The notes beneath the pieces were generated by a model. That model saw nothing but the letters and a program-made list of their open reading frames with translations. It was not told the origin of the DNA and did not search any database. A program made the translations under genes and the position numbers. DNA of 24,000 bases from NCBI GenBank assembly GCA_030651285.1, contig JAUSCN010000013.1:95697-119696 (forward strand), read 5' to 3'. Each line of letters begins with the position of its first letter. Position 1 is the first letter of the stretch. Positions 1 to 7,395 of the stretch are shown in pieces. Source of the stretch: a bacterium. GTDB taxonomy: Bacteria > Patescibacteriota > Minisyncoccia > Phycocordibacterales > Phycocordibacteraceae.

Positions 1-482
1 TAGTTTTCAAAAGAGCCGTGACTCTCGATATGTTCGCGCTGAATATTGGTCACGATAAGGGCATCAAGATTAAGGAACCAGTGACGGTATTGGGGAATGC
101 TTTCCGAGGTGATTTCGATGATGAGGTGTGTACATCCGGAGTCGAGAGCGCGACGCATGAATGCTTGCGCGAAGCCGCGCCCTTGCAGTGTCATCTTGTA
201 TGGGTTCGGTTCTGACGAATCTCCGATAGCAAATCGGATCGTAGAGATTAGTGCAGTCGAATATCCTGCTTCGCGCAGGATCGCAAACAGCATATCGGCA
301 GTCGTGGACTTTCCCTTCGTTCCGGTGATGCCGATTACCGTGAGCTTCCGAGCCGGGAATCCATATGAGAGCGCCATGAGAAAAGAAATGGCGCGATGAT
401 AGATCGGGCGGAGCGCTCTCACGACCGACACAGGAACTATTTTTTTTAGTATGCGGACTGTTCGATTAACAAGTTCGTACAT
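1..482 (-). CDS. Mur ligase family protein (MurE-like), N-terminal part; 3' end lies outside the window
   Basis: Absent from the ORF track because it runs off the window. Reverse-strand ATG at 482-480 opens MYELVNRT...KLTVIGITGTKGKSTTADMLFAILREAGY...ALIVTNIQREHIESHG. This carries the GxxGTxGKS P-loop typical of Mur ligases and stays in frame to position 1. Confidence 0.8.
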   Translation of the reverse strand, partial: MYELVNRTVRILKKIVPVSVVRALRPIYHRAISFLMALSYGFPARKLTVIGITGTKGKSTTADMLFAILREAGYSTALISTIRFAIGDSSEPNPYKMTLQGRGFAQAFMRRALDSGCTHLIIEITSESIPQYRHWFLNLDALIVTNIQREHIESHGSFEN

Positions 483-492
483 AAATAGGGGA

Positions 493-1038
493 CTACTGCG
501 CTACAGAGAGTGCGGCTTTAAGTCGGGACTCTTTGCCAACCGTGCCGTTTGGAATTGATTGAAGGGCAGTACGAGCTTCGCGTTCGGTATATCCGAGCGC
601 GACGAGTGTATCAAAAACTTCACCATCTTCATCACTGTGTGCGTGCGAACCGACCTTGTCAGCTAGTTCCACAAGCATTTTTTCCGCACCTTTTTTTCCA
701 AGGCCGACTACTTTGGTGAGGTACGTAAGGTCGCGTTTGCCGATGGCGCCCTCAAGTGCTTCTCGGGTGGATCGGCGCAGTACCGAGAGTGCGGTTTTTG
801 GTCCGATACCGGAGACTGAGAGGATGAGTTCAAAAAAATCTCGATCAGCTGGATTGGGGAATCCATACAGCTCGAGACCGTCCTGTTTGACTGCGAGGTG
901 GGTGGCGAGAGTTGCGTTACTTCCCTCAGAAAGTGTCTGCGGAGCGCTCATGCGCACCTCGATTCCGAATCCCGACACCTCGACAACAACGCTTGTCGGT
1001 CCTACGAAAAGCACCTTTCCAGACAGTTGGCGGATCAT
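493..1038 (-). CDS. ruvA: Holliday junction branch migration complex subunit RuvA
   Basis: ORF 493-1125. RuvA-like N-terminus MIRQLSGKV and two helix-hairpin-helix motifs (SVSGIGPKTAL, VVGLGKKGAEKM). Start moved to Met30 (ATG 1038), which removes the overlap with divergent rpsT. Confidence 0.9.
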   Translation of the reverse strand: MIRQLSGKVLFVGPTSVVVEVSGFGIEVRMSAPQTLSEGSNATLATHLAVKQDGLELYGFPNPADRDFFELILSVSGIGPKTALSVLRRSTREALEGAIGKRDLTYLTKVVGLGKKGAEKMLVELADKVGSHAHSDEDGEVFDTLVALGYTEREARTALQSIPNGTVGKESRLKAALSVAQ

Positions 1039-1118
1039 GTGGGTATCGTACCACCCCGCCTGACAATCAGGGCTAAAAGACTTGCTCAAACGGATTCTAT
1101 GGCGTAGTATGCGGCGAC

Positions 1119-1385
1119 ATGGCAATCACCAGTTCAGCAAAGAAAGCAGCCCGCTCTTCCGCAAAGAAGCGCGTTTTTAATCTGCGCCGCAAGAATACCC
1201 TTACGGACACGACTAAAGCCTTCACAAAGGCTGTTGCAGCTAAGGATGTTGCGGAGGCAGAGAAGCTCGTTCCTGCGACCTATGCAGCTATTGATAAGGC
1301 AGCAAAGCGCGGTGTTATAAAGGGCAACACGGCAGACCGCAAGAAGGCTCGCATCGCAGCAGCTCTCAAGCGGGCTAAGGCATAA
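1119..1385 (+). CDS. rpsT: 30S ribosomal protein bS20
   Basis: 88-aa basic protein MAITSSAKKAARSSAKKRVFNLRRKN...AIDKAAKRGVIKGNTADRKKARIAAAL, typical of S20. Confidence 0.95.
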   Translation: MAITSSAKKAARSSAKKRVFNLRRKNTLTDTTKAFTKAVAAKDVAEAEKLVPATYAAIDKAAKRGVIKGNTADRKKARIAAALKRAKA

Positions 1386-1400
1386 GTTTCTGTACGGCAA

Positions 1401-1420
1401 AACACCCCGCAAGGGGTGTT
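1401..1420. terminator. Hairpin between convergent rpsT and the two-component operon
   Basis: AACACCCC-GCAA-GGGGTGTT. On the minus strand it is followed by TTTTGCC, a proper U-tract for the response regulator (RR)/kinase operon. On the plus strand the U-run is short. Confidence 0.7.
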
Positions 1421-1479
1421 AACGATGCTGAACGAGAGAACAAAAAACAATGCAAAGAAAACTCCCACTGTGGAGTTGG

Positions 1480-1962
1480 TTATCTCATTGGGTGAGCGAG
1501 AAATGACTCTATATCTGCGATGATTTCATCAAGCCGATGGTCAGACTTGACGTAGTATTTGCTCACGCCGGAGTGGATATACGACTTCACGGTAGCGGGG
1601 TTCGCGGCATTTGAGACGACAAAAACGGGGATCTTGTTCCAACGCCCTCCATTCGCTTTAAATTTCTTGACGAAATCAAGGCCGTCTTCCTTACCTAAGA
1701 GGTGATGGTCAAGCCAGATCGCATCAATTCGTTCAAGTCGCTCGAGATACTCAAGTGCCTGCTCGATAGTGCGGACGGTAATAACACCTAGATCGTTCTT
1801 CCTAATCTTTGCGTTAAATGCTTGCTCAACACTCCTGGCAGCAATAACATTGAAACCGTTTTTCTCAAGCTTCGCATTGATTGCCTCAAGTAAGGGACGC
1901 TCGTCTTCGATCACCAGGATCGCTTTTTTCTCGGTATTCTTTTTTGTAGATTTTGTATTCAT
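1480..1962 (-). CDS. Stand-alone response-regulator receiver protein (no output domain)
   Basis: KKAILVIEDERPLLEAINAKL...IDAIWLDHHL...IPVFVVSNAANP...KYYVKSD matches the CheY-like receiver pattern (acidic pocket, phospho-Asp, conserved S/T and K). 160 aa with nothing after the receiver. Confidence 0.85.
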   Translation of the reverse strand: MNTKSTKKNTEKKAILVIEDERPLLEAINAKLEKNGFNVIAARSVEQAFNAKIRKNDLGVITVRTIEQALEYLERLERIDAIWLDHHLLGKEDGLDFVKKFKANGGRWNKIPVFVVSNAANPATVKSYIHSGVSKYYVKSDHRLDEIIADIESFLAHPMR

Positions 1963-1968
1963 AAGTAA

Positions 1969-3417
1969 TTATTTAGATGATTTTTCTACCACACACAAAG
2001 GGAGCGAAACGAAGAATGTGGCCCCAGTGTTTCCTGTCCCGCCCTCGGACTTAAACCAGATTTTGCCGCCCGAGTTCTCGACGATTGACTTGACGATATA
2101 GAGCCCGAGCCCGGTACCATCAGTGTCCTTGTCTCGTACATTATCGGCACGAAAGAGTTTGGTAAAAATTTTGTCTTGCTGATTTTTGGGGATACCATAG
2201 CCGGTATCAGAGATTTTTAGGAGAATGTTCTTCTTGTTTGCTAGGGTGATAGTGAAATCAATGTCTCCGCCCTTAGGGGTATACTTTATTGCGTTCGACA
2301 GGATGTTTTGCATGACCATCCGCAAGAGCTTCGGATCAGCTTGCATTAATGAGATATTTTTTGCACAAGAAAAAGAAAATTTCAATTTCCGGGCATTGAT
2401 TTGCGGCCGCTGTTCATCTATGACGTTTTCGGTAAGGCTACAAATGTCGATCGGTTCGGGTTCGATGATAAATGTCCCGAGCTCAAGCGAGGCAACGTGC
2501 AAGAGTGCGTTCACCAGTTCAACCATGCGTTGGTTGCTGCGATACACTTCATCGAGATACTTCTGCTGCTGTTCATTGAGTTTCCCGACGTCTCCCTCAA
2601 GAAGCATTTCTGCGTACCAGTTAACAGTAGAGAGTGGAGTGCGGAGTTGGTGGCTCGCGAGTGAAACGAATTCAGTTTTTGCCTTATCAATTTCTCGTTC
2701 GTAGGTGATATCGCGAAACACTTTGATAGTGCCGATAGTTTTCTTGTCGAGAATGACCGGTGTCGCCATAATAGACATTGGAAATCGCTTCTTGTCCTTT
2801 CGCCGATAATAGGCAGTGGGGAGTGCTGCGGTAGTGGCACCATCTGCCAAGACCATATTTACCGGGTGCTTTTGCAATGGGATCAGTGCTTCTTTTTCAT
2901 CCTCAAGAGGAATAATGTCAGAAAAGTTTTTCCCCACGACTTCTTTACTTTTTTTGCCAAGCAGTTTCTCCGCCGTTTTGTTTATGAAAATGATATTTCC
3001 TTTTTCATCGGTGGCGAGCAGCCCATCACCGATTGAGAGGAGTATTGCTTCCTCTTTCGCGCGAGCCATCTCAAGGCTCTTGGTACGCTCGCGAACTTTC
3101 TCCTCGAGAGTCTCATAGGCTCTCTTAAGCTTCAGGGCGGTCACGACGAGCTTGCGCCGCACGATTTCTTTTTCCTTTGCAGTTTCCGCAAGTTTCGCTG
3201 CGGTCACCGCCAGCTTCTCAGCAGTTGCCGCCAGTTTCGCTGCGGTCACCGCCAGTTTGCGCCGCACGATTTCTTTTTCCTTTGCAGTTTCCGCAAGTTT
3301 CGCTGCGGTCACCGCCAGCTTGCGCCGCACACTCTCTTTCTCTTCAGCCAGGACTTTAAGATTAAGAATTATTTCGTTCGAGGCGGTGAGTTCCTTCTTG
3401 TCCATAGATTTATACAT
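1969..3417 (-). CDS. Soluble sensor histidine kinase: repeat-containing coiled coil, PAS-like segment, HisKA, HATPase_c
   Basis: H-box FVSLASHQLRTPL. N/G boxes NAIKYTP..., ISDTGYGIP, GTGLGLYIVKSIV. PAS-like LLSIGDGLLATDEKGNIIFINKTAEKLLG. No hydrophobic segment seen. Confidence 0.9.
   Translation of the reverse strand: MYKSMDKKELTASNEIILNLKVLAEEKESVRRKLAVTAAKLAETAKEKEIVRRKLAVTAAKLAATAEKLAVTAAKLAETAKEKEIVRRKLVVTALKLKRAYETLEEKVRERTKSLEMARAKEEAILLSIGDGLLATDEKGNIIFINKTAEKLLGKKSKEVVGKNFSDIIPLEDEKEALIPLQKHPVNMVLADGATTAALPTAYYRRKDKKRFPMSIMATPVILDKKTIGTIKVFRDITYEREIDKAKTEFVSLASHQLRTPLSTVNWYAEMLLEGDVGKLNEQQQKYLDEVYRSNQRMVELVNALLHVASLELGTFIIEPEPIDICSLTENVIDEQRPQINARKLKFSFSCAKNISLMQADPKLLRMVMQNILSNAIKYTPKGGDIDFTITLANKKNILLKISDTGYGIPKNQQDKIFTKLFRADNVRDKDTDGTGLGLYIVKSIVENSGGKIWFKSEGGTGNTGATFFVSLPLCVVEKSSK
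3152..3330. repeat. Nested perfect direct repeats inside the kinase gene
   Basis: A 62-nt unit at 3152-3213 is identical to 3257-3318 (period 105 nt). Its last 23 nt (AGTTTCGCTGCGGTCACCGCCAG) occur a third time at 3233-3255. Its first 11 nt restart at 3320-3330. Confidence 0.9.
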
Positions 3418-3781
3418 TCAAAATCTCCTCAAGCTTCTTTATAATGCTGCGGAGCTTCCAGTCCGACTTAATGAGATAATGCGTCACTTCATCATCTACC
3501 GGATGTTCATTGGTCGCACTTAAGTTCGTCAAAATGATGATGGGGACTTTCTTTCCCCACATGTCTTCCCGGATCTTCTTGAGCGCAGTCATACCGTCCA
3601 TCTCCGGCATAATGAGGTCAAGCAGGATAAGGTCGGGGTGGTTCTCGAGTGCGAGCTTTACGCCCTCTCGGCCATTGCGCGCCTCAAGAGACAGAAAGTC
3701 TTTAAGTTTAAGAATATCGACAATCGCGCCTCGAAGGCTCTTCTCGTCCTCTATGATAAGTATTGTATGTTTTGTTTTCAT
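3410..3781 (-). CDS. Stand-alone response-regulator receiver protein
   Basis: ORF 3410-3865. Start moved to MKTKHTILIIEDEKSL (ATG 3781). Canonical DLILLDLIMPEMDG phospho-acceptor motif, IIILTN, LIKSD. Its stop overlaps the kinase ATG by 8 nt. Confidence 0.85.
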   Translation of the reverse strand: MKTKHTILIIEDEKSLRGAIVDILKLKDFLSLEARNGREGVKLALENHPDLILLDLIMPEMDGMTALKKIREDMWGKKVPIIILTNLSATNEHPVDDEVTHYLIKSDWKLRSIIKKLEEILNV

Positions 3782-4015
3782 TGGATAAACTGCCACCCTT
3801 TTTGTTTTAAAGGGCTCGTTACTACTAGAGCCGTGAGAGTGCCCAGAGTATTGCAGGCTCGCCACGAATTACCTAAGGAAGGTATACTTACAACCACAGT
3901 ATTCCCCCATGCGAGCAACATCACTGTAATCCTGACGGGGCGCATCTCTCAGGTAATTACGTAAACGACTGTAATGCCTATGTAACAATATGTCGCCGCA
4001 CTCGGCCTAATCTAT

Positions 4016-4534
4016 ATGACCCTTAAACGACAAGAGAAACACCACCAGGTGGTGTTGTCGATTGCGCACAGCGACTTTGCAAAAAGTATGAATGCCCACG
4101 CCTTCTTCAAGATACATAACCATGCGATAGGCGAAGATCTGGTACAAGACACGTTTATGAAGACCTGGAACTACTTGATCAAAGGGGGGAAAATTGATGT
4201 CATGAAGGCCTTTCTCTACCATGTGCTCAATAACCTCATTGTGGACGAATATAGGAAGCGCAAGACAATCTCCCTCGACAATCTTCTCGAGAAAGGGTAT
4301 GAACTCGGGACAGATCATACAGAGCATCTTTTCGACCTCTTAGACGGGAAGGCTGCACTACTTCTCATTTCGCGCCTTCCCGAACGGTACCAAAAGGTAA
4401 TACGTATGCGCTATGTGCAAGGACTTACACTTGCAGAAATGTCGCTCATCACTGGACAATCAAAGAATACGATGGCAGTGCAAGTACATCGAGGATTAGA
4501 GAAAATAAAGATTTTGTACAACCACACATCATGA
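4016..4534 (+). CDS. ECF-type sigma-70 family RNA polymerase sigma factor
   Basis: Region 2-like EDLVQDTFMKTWNYL...LYHVLNNLIVDEYRKRK. Region 4 HTH LPERYQKVIRMRYVQGLTLAEMSLITGQSKNTMAVQVHRGLEKI. The exact start is uncertain. Confidence 0.85.
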   Translation: MTLKRQEKHHQVVLSIAHSDFAKSMNAHAFFKIHNHAIGEDLVQDTFMKTWNYLIKGGKIDVMKAFLYHVLNNLIVDEYRKRKTISLDNLLEKGYELGTDHTEHLFDLLDGKAALLLISRLPERYQKVIRMRYVQGLTLAEMSLITGQSKNTMAVQVHRGLEKIKILYNHTS

Positions 4535-4800
4535 ACGAATTCATAAAGATGGATATTTTCTTTTTTGTGACTACTCTTGCAGTAGTACTTCTTTCAGGGT
4601 GTACAGTTTTTGTTTTGTGGCGCATTGCGCGGATACTGCGACATATTGAAAACATCTCAGAGCAAGTCTCATTTGAAAGCGATAGTATTCGAAACGATCT
4701 TGCCGAAATTCGTGCTGATATTCAACGGGGGAAGGGGCGACTGAAATCACTGATCGACTTCTTTAACACAAGAATAAAGAGGTCTTCAAAGAAGACTTGA
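4531..4800 (+). CDS. Small single-pass membrane protein, candidate atypical anti-sigma partner
   Basis: ATGA start/stop overlap with the sigma gene. One TM (IFFFVTTLAVVLLSGCTVFVLW) followed by a positively charged, coiled-coil-like tail. No recognised anti-sigma domain. Confidence 0.5.
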   Translation: MNEFIKMDIFFFVTTLAVVLLSGCTVFVLWRIARILRHIENISEQVSFESDSIRNDLAEIRADIQRGKGRLKSLIDFFNTRIKRSSKKT

Positions 4801-4831
4801 CTCACGCTTTTAATTCTATTAACCACAACAT

Positions 4832-5230
4832 ATGAAAAAGACCAAAAAAACGAAGGGTACGAGCAAGACGGCAATGGAGATCGGTGCAGGACTCGTCGCT
4901 GTGGGTGCAGCAGCGGCAGCTGGCTACTACTTTTATGGCAGTAAAAAGGCAAAAAGCCACCGAAAGATTGCTGCGAAATGGGCAGTTGCTATGAAGAATG
5001 ATGTGATAAAAGAAGCAAAACATCTTGAGAAAACGAGTCCGAAAGCATTTGCCGCTATTGTGGATCGTGTGGCGGAGACCTATCGTGGAGCTCGCGCAGT
5101 AGATGTTGCAGAAGTGAAGCGTGCTGCAAAAGAGCTGAAGGCGAATTGGGAGATAGTACAGCGTGAGGCGAAACGCACTGTCCGTAAAAGTGTTTCTCGT
5201 GCAAGGGCTGCAGTGAAGCGCATTAAGTAG
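4832..5230 (+). CDS. Membrane-anchored basic helical protein (YtxH-like by appearance)
   Basis: Lys-rich N-terminus, Gly/Ala-rich TM (GAGLVAVGAAAAAGYYFYG), then a long charged helical region. Family assignment is from memory only. Confidence 0.5.
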   Translation: MKKTKKTKGTSKTAMEIGAGLVAVGAAAAAGYYFYGSKKAKSHRKIAAKWAVAMKNDVIKEAKHLEKTSPKAFAAIVDRVAETYRGARAVDVAEVKRAAKELKANWEIVQREAKRTVRKSVSRARAAVKRIK

Positions 5231-5302
5231 ATTGGTGTAATCAAGCTCTAAAGAAAAGCCATGGCACTCTGTTGCGGTTTTTACGCATGTGTTAGGGGGG
5301 TA

Positions 5303-6001
5303 TTAGTTCGTAGTATCGGTCTTTACGAAGAGTCTCACGAACCAGCCGAAGAAGCTGAATGAGTTCTCGTGTGCGGTTATGAAGCTTTGGATGTCCGCCT
5401 GGTCTTGTGCGAGTATGGTGATCTGTGTCGCGAGTGCTGTGCGGCCGGTAGTATTAGTTGTGCTGGCGAGAATGGTGTTCAATTGGTCGAGATGACTCTG
5501 TGTCTCTGTCATCTTGCTCCGAAGGATGCTGAGATTCTCATAGTCGCTTCCGAGGAAGAGTGTCTTTAGCGAGCTGCGGGAGGTGACCTTTTCGATGGCG
5601 TTTGTTGTGGTCGCTTCAGAAGCTTTCTGCGCCTGTGCGATTTCTTGGATCTGTACACCCAGGGTGCCCTCTCGATTGGCGATCGTAAGGAGTGATTGGA
5701 CAAAAGAGGCTACTGTACTTCGATGCGACTCTATAGTGAGCAGGCCATTTGCACGATCGCTGGTCGAGGCGTTCCGAGCATTGGTATTTCGCTCTGTGCT
5801 TGTTGTGGTGTCTGTATGTTCTTCGCTCGCTGTACCTGCCTCGCGGTCAGATGAAGTTGCGTTGTTGCGAGTATCAGAGCCCAGATATCCGCTAGTGTTC
5901 TCGAGTGCGCCAATGACGAGCTGAGCGTGCGTGGCTGGAGCTAAGGCTGAGACTGTGATTGCGAGCGATAGAAAGAGGAGTGGCGTTATTTTTTTATGCA
6001 T
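5303..6001 (-). CDS. Secreted hypothetical protein with a low-complexity Thr/Ser/Asn linker and a helical C-terminal domain
   Basis: ORF 5303-6187. Start moved to MHKKITPLLFLSLAITVSALAPATHAQ (signal peptide, ATG 6001). Confidence 0.6.
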   Translation of the reverse strand: MHKKITPLLFLSLAITVSALAPATHAQLVIGALENTSGYLGSDTRNNATSSDREAGTASEEHTDTTTSTERNTNARNASTSDRANGLLTIESHRSTVASFVQSLLTIANREGTLGVQIQEIAQAQKASEATTTNAIEKVTSRSSLKTLFLGSDYENLSILRSKMTETQSHLDQLNTILASTTNTTGRTALATQITILAQDQADIQSFITAHENSFSFFGWFVRLFVKTDTTN

Positions 6002-6099
6002 ACCATAAGTTGTGTGTTGATAATGAAAGTCTACATTGACTACTGCAAGGCCGTTGTAAAGAAAAAGATGTGACACGTCTGAGAGCCGGTGCCTCTTGG

Positions 6100-6480
6100 T
6101 TATGGTCCGGAGAGGTGAGTCATTCGGCTGACGACGACATGTTCGCTCGCGATCTGGCCCATGATAGAGATGCGCGCACCAGTCCATGATGCGAAGTTGG
6201 TCGGGGTTGAAGAAGGGAACACGAGCGCCTTAGCCACGGTGCGGCCGAGGCGATCTTGATAGAATATGTATGGCACCGGACCGACATTGTTCGGGTAGAA
6301 GATGAGTGTCCCGGTCTCGTTAAAGCCTGTGGGTGCCGCCGCAGTCCTCTGTATTGCTGGTGCGGCCTGGGTGGGAATTTCATTATCAATAACAGAAATG
6401 TCTCGCTCTTCTTTATATATCACCACAGTCGCTGATAGGAGACCAGCTATAATGTAGATGATAGATAATACGCGCCCCAT
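6100..6480 (-). CDS. N-terminally anchored hypothetical protein
   Basis: 126-aa ORF with an N-terminal TM (VLSIIYIIAGLLSATVVIY). No recognisable domain. Confidence 0.55.
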   Translation of the reverse strand: MGRVLSIIYIIAGLLSATVVIYKEERDISVIDNEIPTQAAPAIQRTAAAPTGFNETGTLIFYPNNVGPVPYIFYQDRLGRTVAKALVFPSSTPTNFASWTGARISIMGQIASEHVVVSRMTHLSGP

Positions 6481-6570
6481 CTACTAAAGACGCTTGTCGC
6501 TACATGATTATTACTAGAATTGACCAGAATGCCTCGTCCGCTTGATGTCTAAAATCTGTGGCACTATGGA

Positions 6571-6608
6571 CCCCCACTCCAACCGTAAGGTTGGAGTGGG
6601 GGCTTTTT
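6571..6608 (+). terminator. Very strong plus-strand intrinsic terminator with no plus-strand gene upstream
   Basis: 14-bp perfect stem CCCCCACTCCAACC / GGTTGGAGTGGGGG, loop GTAA, then CTTTTT. There is no U-tract on the minus-strand side. Confidence 0.65.
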
Positions 6609-6677
6609 AAAGAAGAATTGTGTTGGTTTTACCAATTCGAACCGGCTCGTGAGCGCTGTCTCGCAGATGTTCTATGT

Positions 6678-6752
6678 TGGTGCTCCCAGCAGGAATCGAA
6701 CCTGCATCTCCTCCTTCGGAGGGAGGTGTCCTATCCATTGAACGATGGGAGC
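6678..6752 (-). tRNA. tRNA-Arg (anticodon CCG), CCA encoded
   Basis: Hand-folded cloverleaf. Acceptor GCTCCCA/TGGGAGC, anticodon arm CCTCC-CTCCGAA-GGAGG, T-arm GCAGG-TTCGATT-CCTGC, then ACCA. Confidence 0.9.
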
Positions 6753-6797
6753 ATGTGCTTCGCATTCTGGCACCGACCGAGCTCTCGTCAGTAATGA

Positions 6798-7367
6798 TTA
6801 CGATGAGAAATACTTACCTTTGAGAAAGACTGCAAAATCTCGCATTTCTTTTCGGTAAATTTCACGTTTCTGAGCCTGTTCCTTGGGGGTAAGTAAATCC
6901 ATTAGTTTTGCCCCAAAACTTTGAACATGAAAACCGGAGAATCCAATTTGGCTAAAAGTAAGTTTAGCATCGAATGGTGTTTCTCGGTCTCGATAAAATT
7001 CCTCAAGAAATGGGAGCATTTTTTGTTGCAGCTTCAATTCTTCCAGATAGCATTCTCGTCTTTTTGCTTCGTCCTCCTCCCATCCTTCTGGTTCGGGTAC
7101 TGAAACCTCAATCCATGGAAATGGAGAATTACCGTCATCCGGGTCTTCGCCCGAGTGACCTTCACACGATGCGCTCGTAGTAAATCCATGGACTGAAAAA
7201 GCGACAATCGCGTCCTTAATATTTTCATCAATACCCTTACCGAGACCGTCGACAATTTCGTTTGCTCTCGATACCTTCTGTTCCCAGAAAATCTCCTTTT
7301 CAGATTTCTGTTTCTCTATCTCTGATGTGAGAGGTTTTGGATTAAGGTCAGGTAGTTCTAGGCTCAT
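6798..7367 (-). CDS. Acidic hypothetical protein, no recognised family
   Basis: 189-aa ORF. Contains HGFTTSASCEGHSGEDPDDG and a Glu-rich middle. Hand counts of five 60-nt lines give about 40% G+C, lower than most neighbouring genes. Confidence 0.6.
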   Translation of the reverse strand: MSLELPDLNPKPLTSEIEKQKSEKEIFWEQKVSRANEIVDGLGKGIDENIKDAIVAFSVHGFTTSASCEGHSGEDPDDGNSPFPWIEVSVPEPEGWEEDEAKRRECYLEELKLQQKMLPFLEEFYRDRETPFDAKLTFSQIGFSGFHVQSFGAKLMDLLTPKEQAQKREIYRKEMRDFAVFLKGKYFSS

Positions 7368-7395
7368 TGTAAAATGATACTTCTTAATTTAATTG

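Noticed and set aside
97-399. 100-aa plus-strand ORF at the left edge
   Set aside because: It is antisense to a clear Mur-ligase reading frame (P-loop GITGTKGKST) on the minus strand and has no family-like sequence of its own.
3152-3523. 123-aa plus-strand ORF with repetitive SFAAVTAS sequence
   Set aside because: It is the antisense translation of the kinase coiled-coil repeats. The minus-strand frame continues into unmistakable HisKA/HATPase_c motifs.
5231-5302. Possible terminator between convergent genes (AAAAGCCATGGC...GCGGTTTTT)
   Set aside because: The arms do not pair beyond 3-4 bp, and the GCCATGGC palindrome leaves no loop.
6609-6677. CCGGTTCGAATTGG (minus-strand sense) next to tRNA-Arg, resembling a tRNA T-arm
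   Set aside because: No acceptor, D or anticodon arms could be folded around it. At best it is a decayed tRNA fragment.
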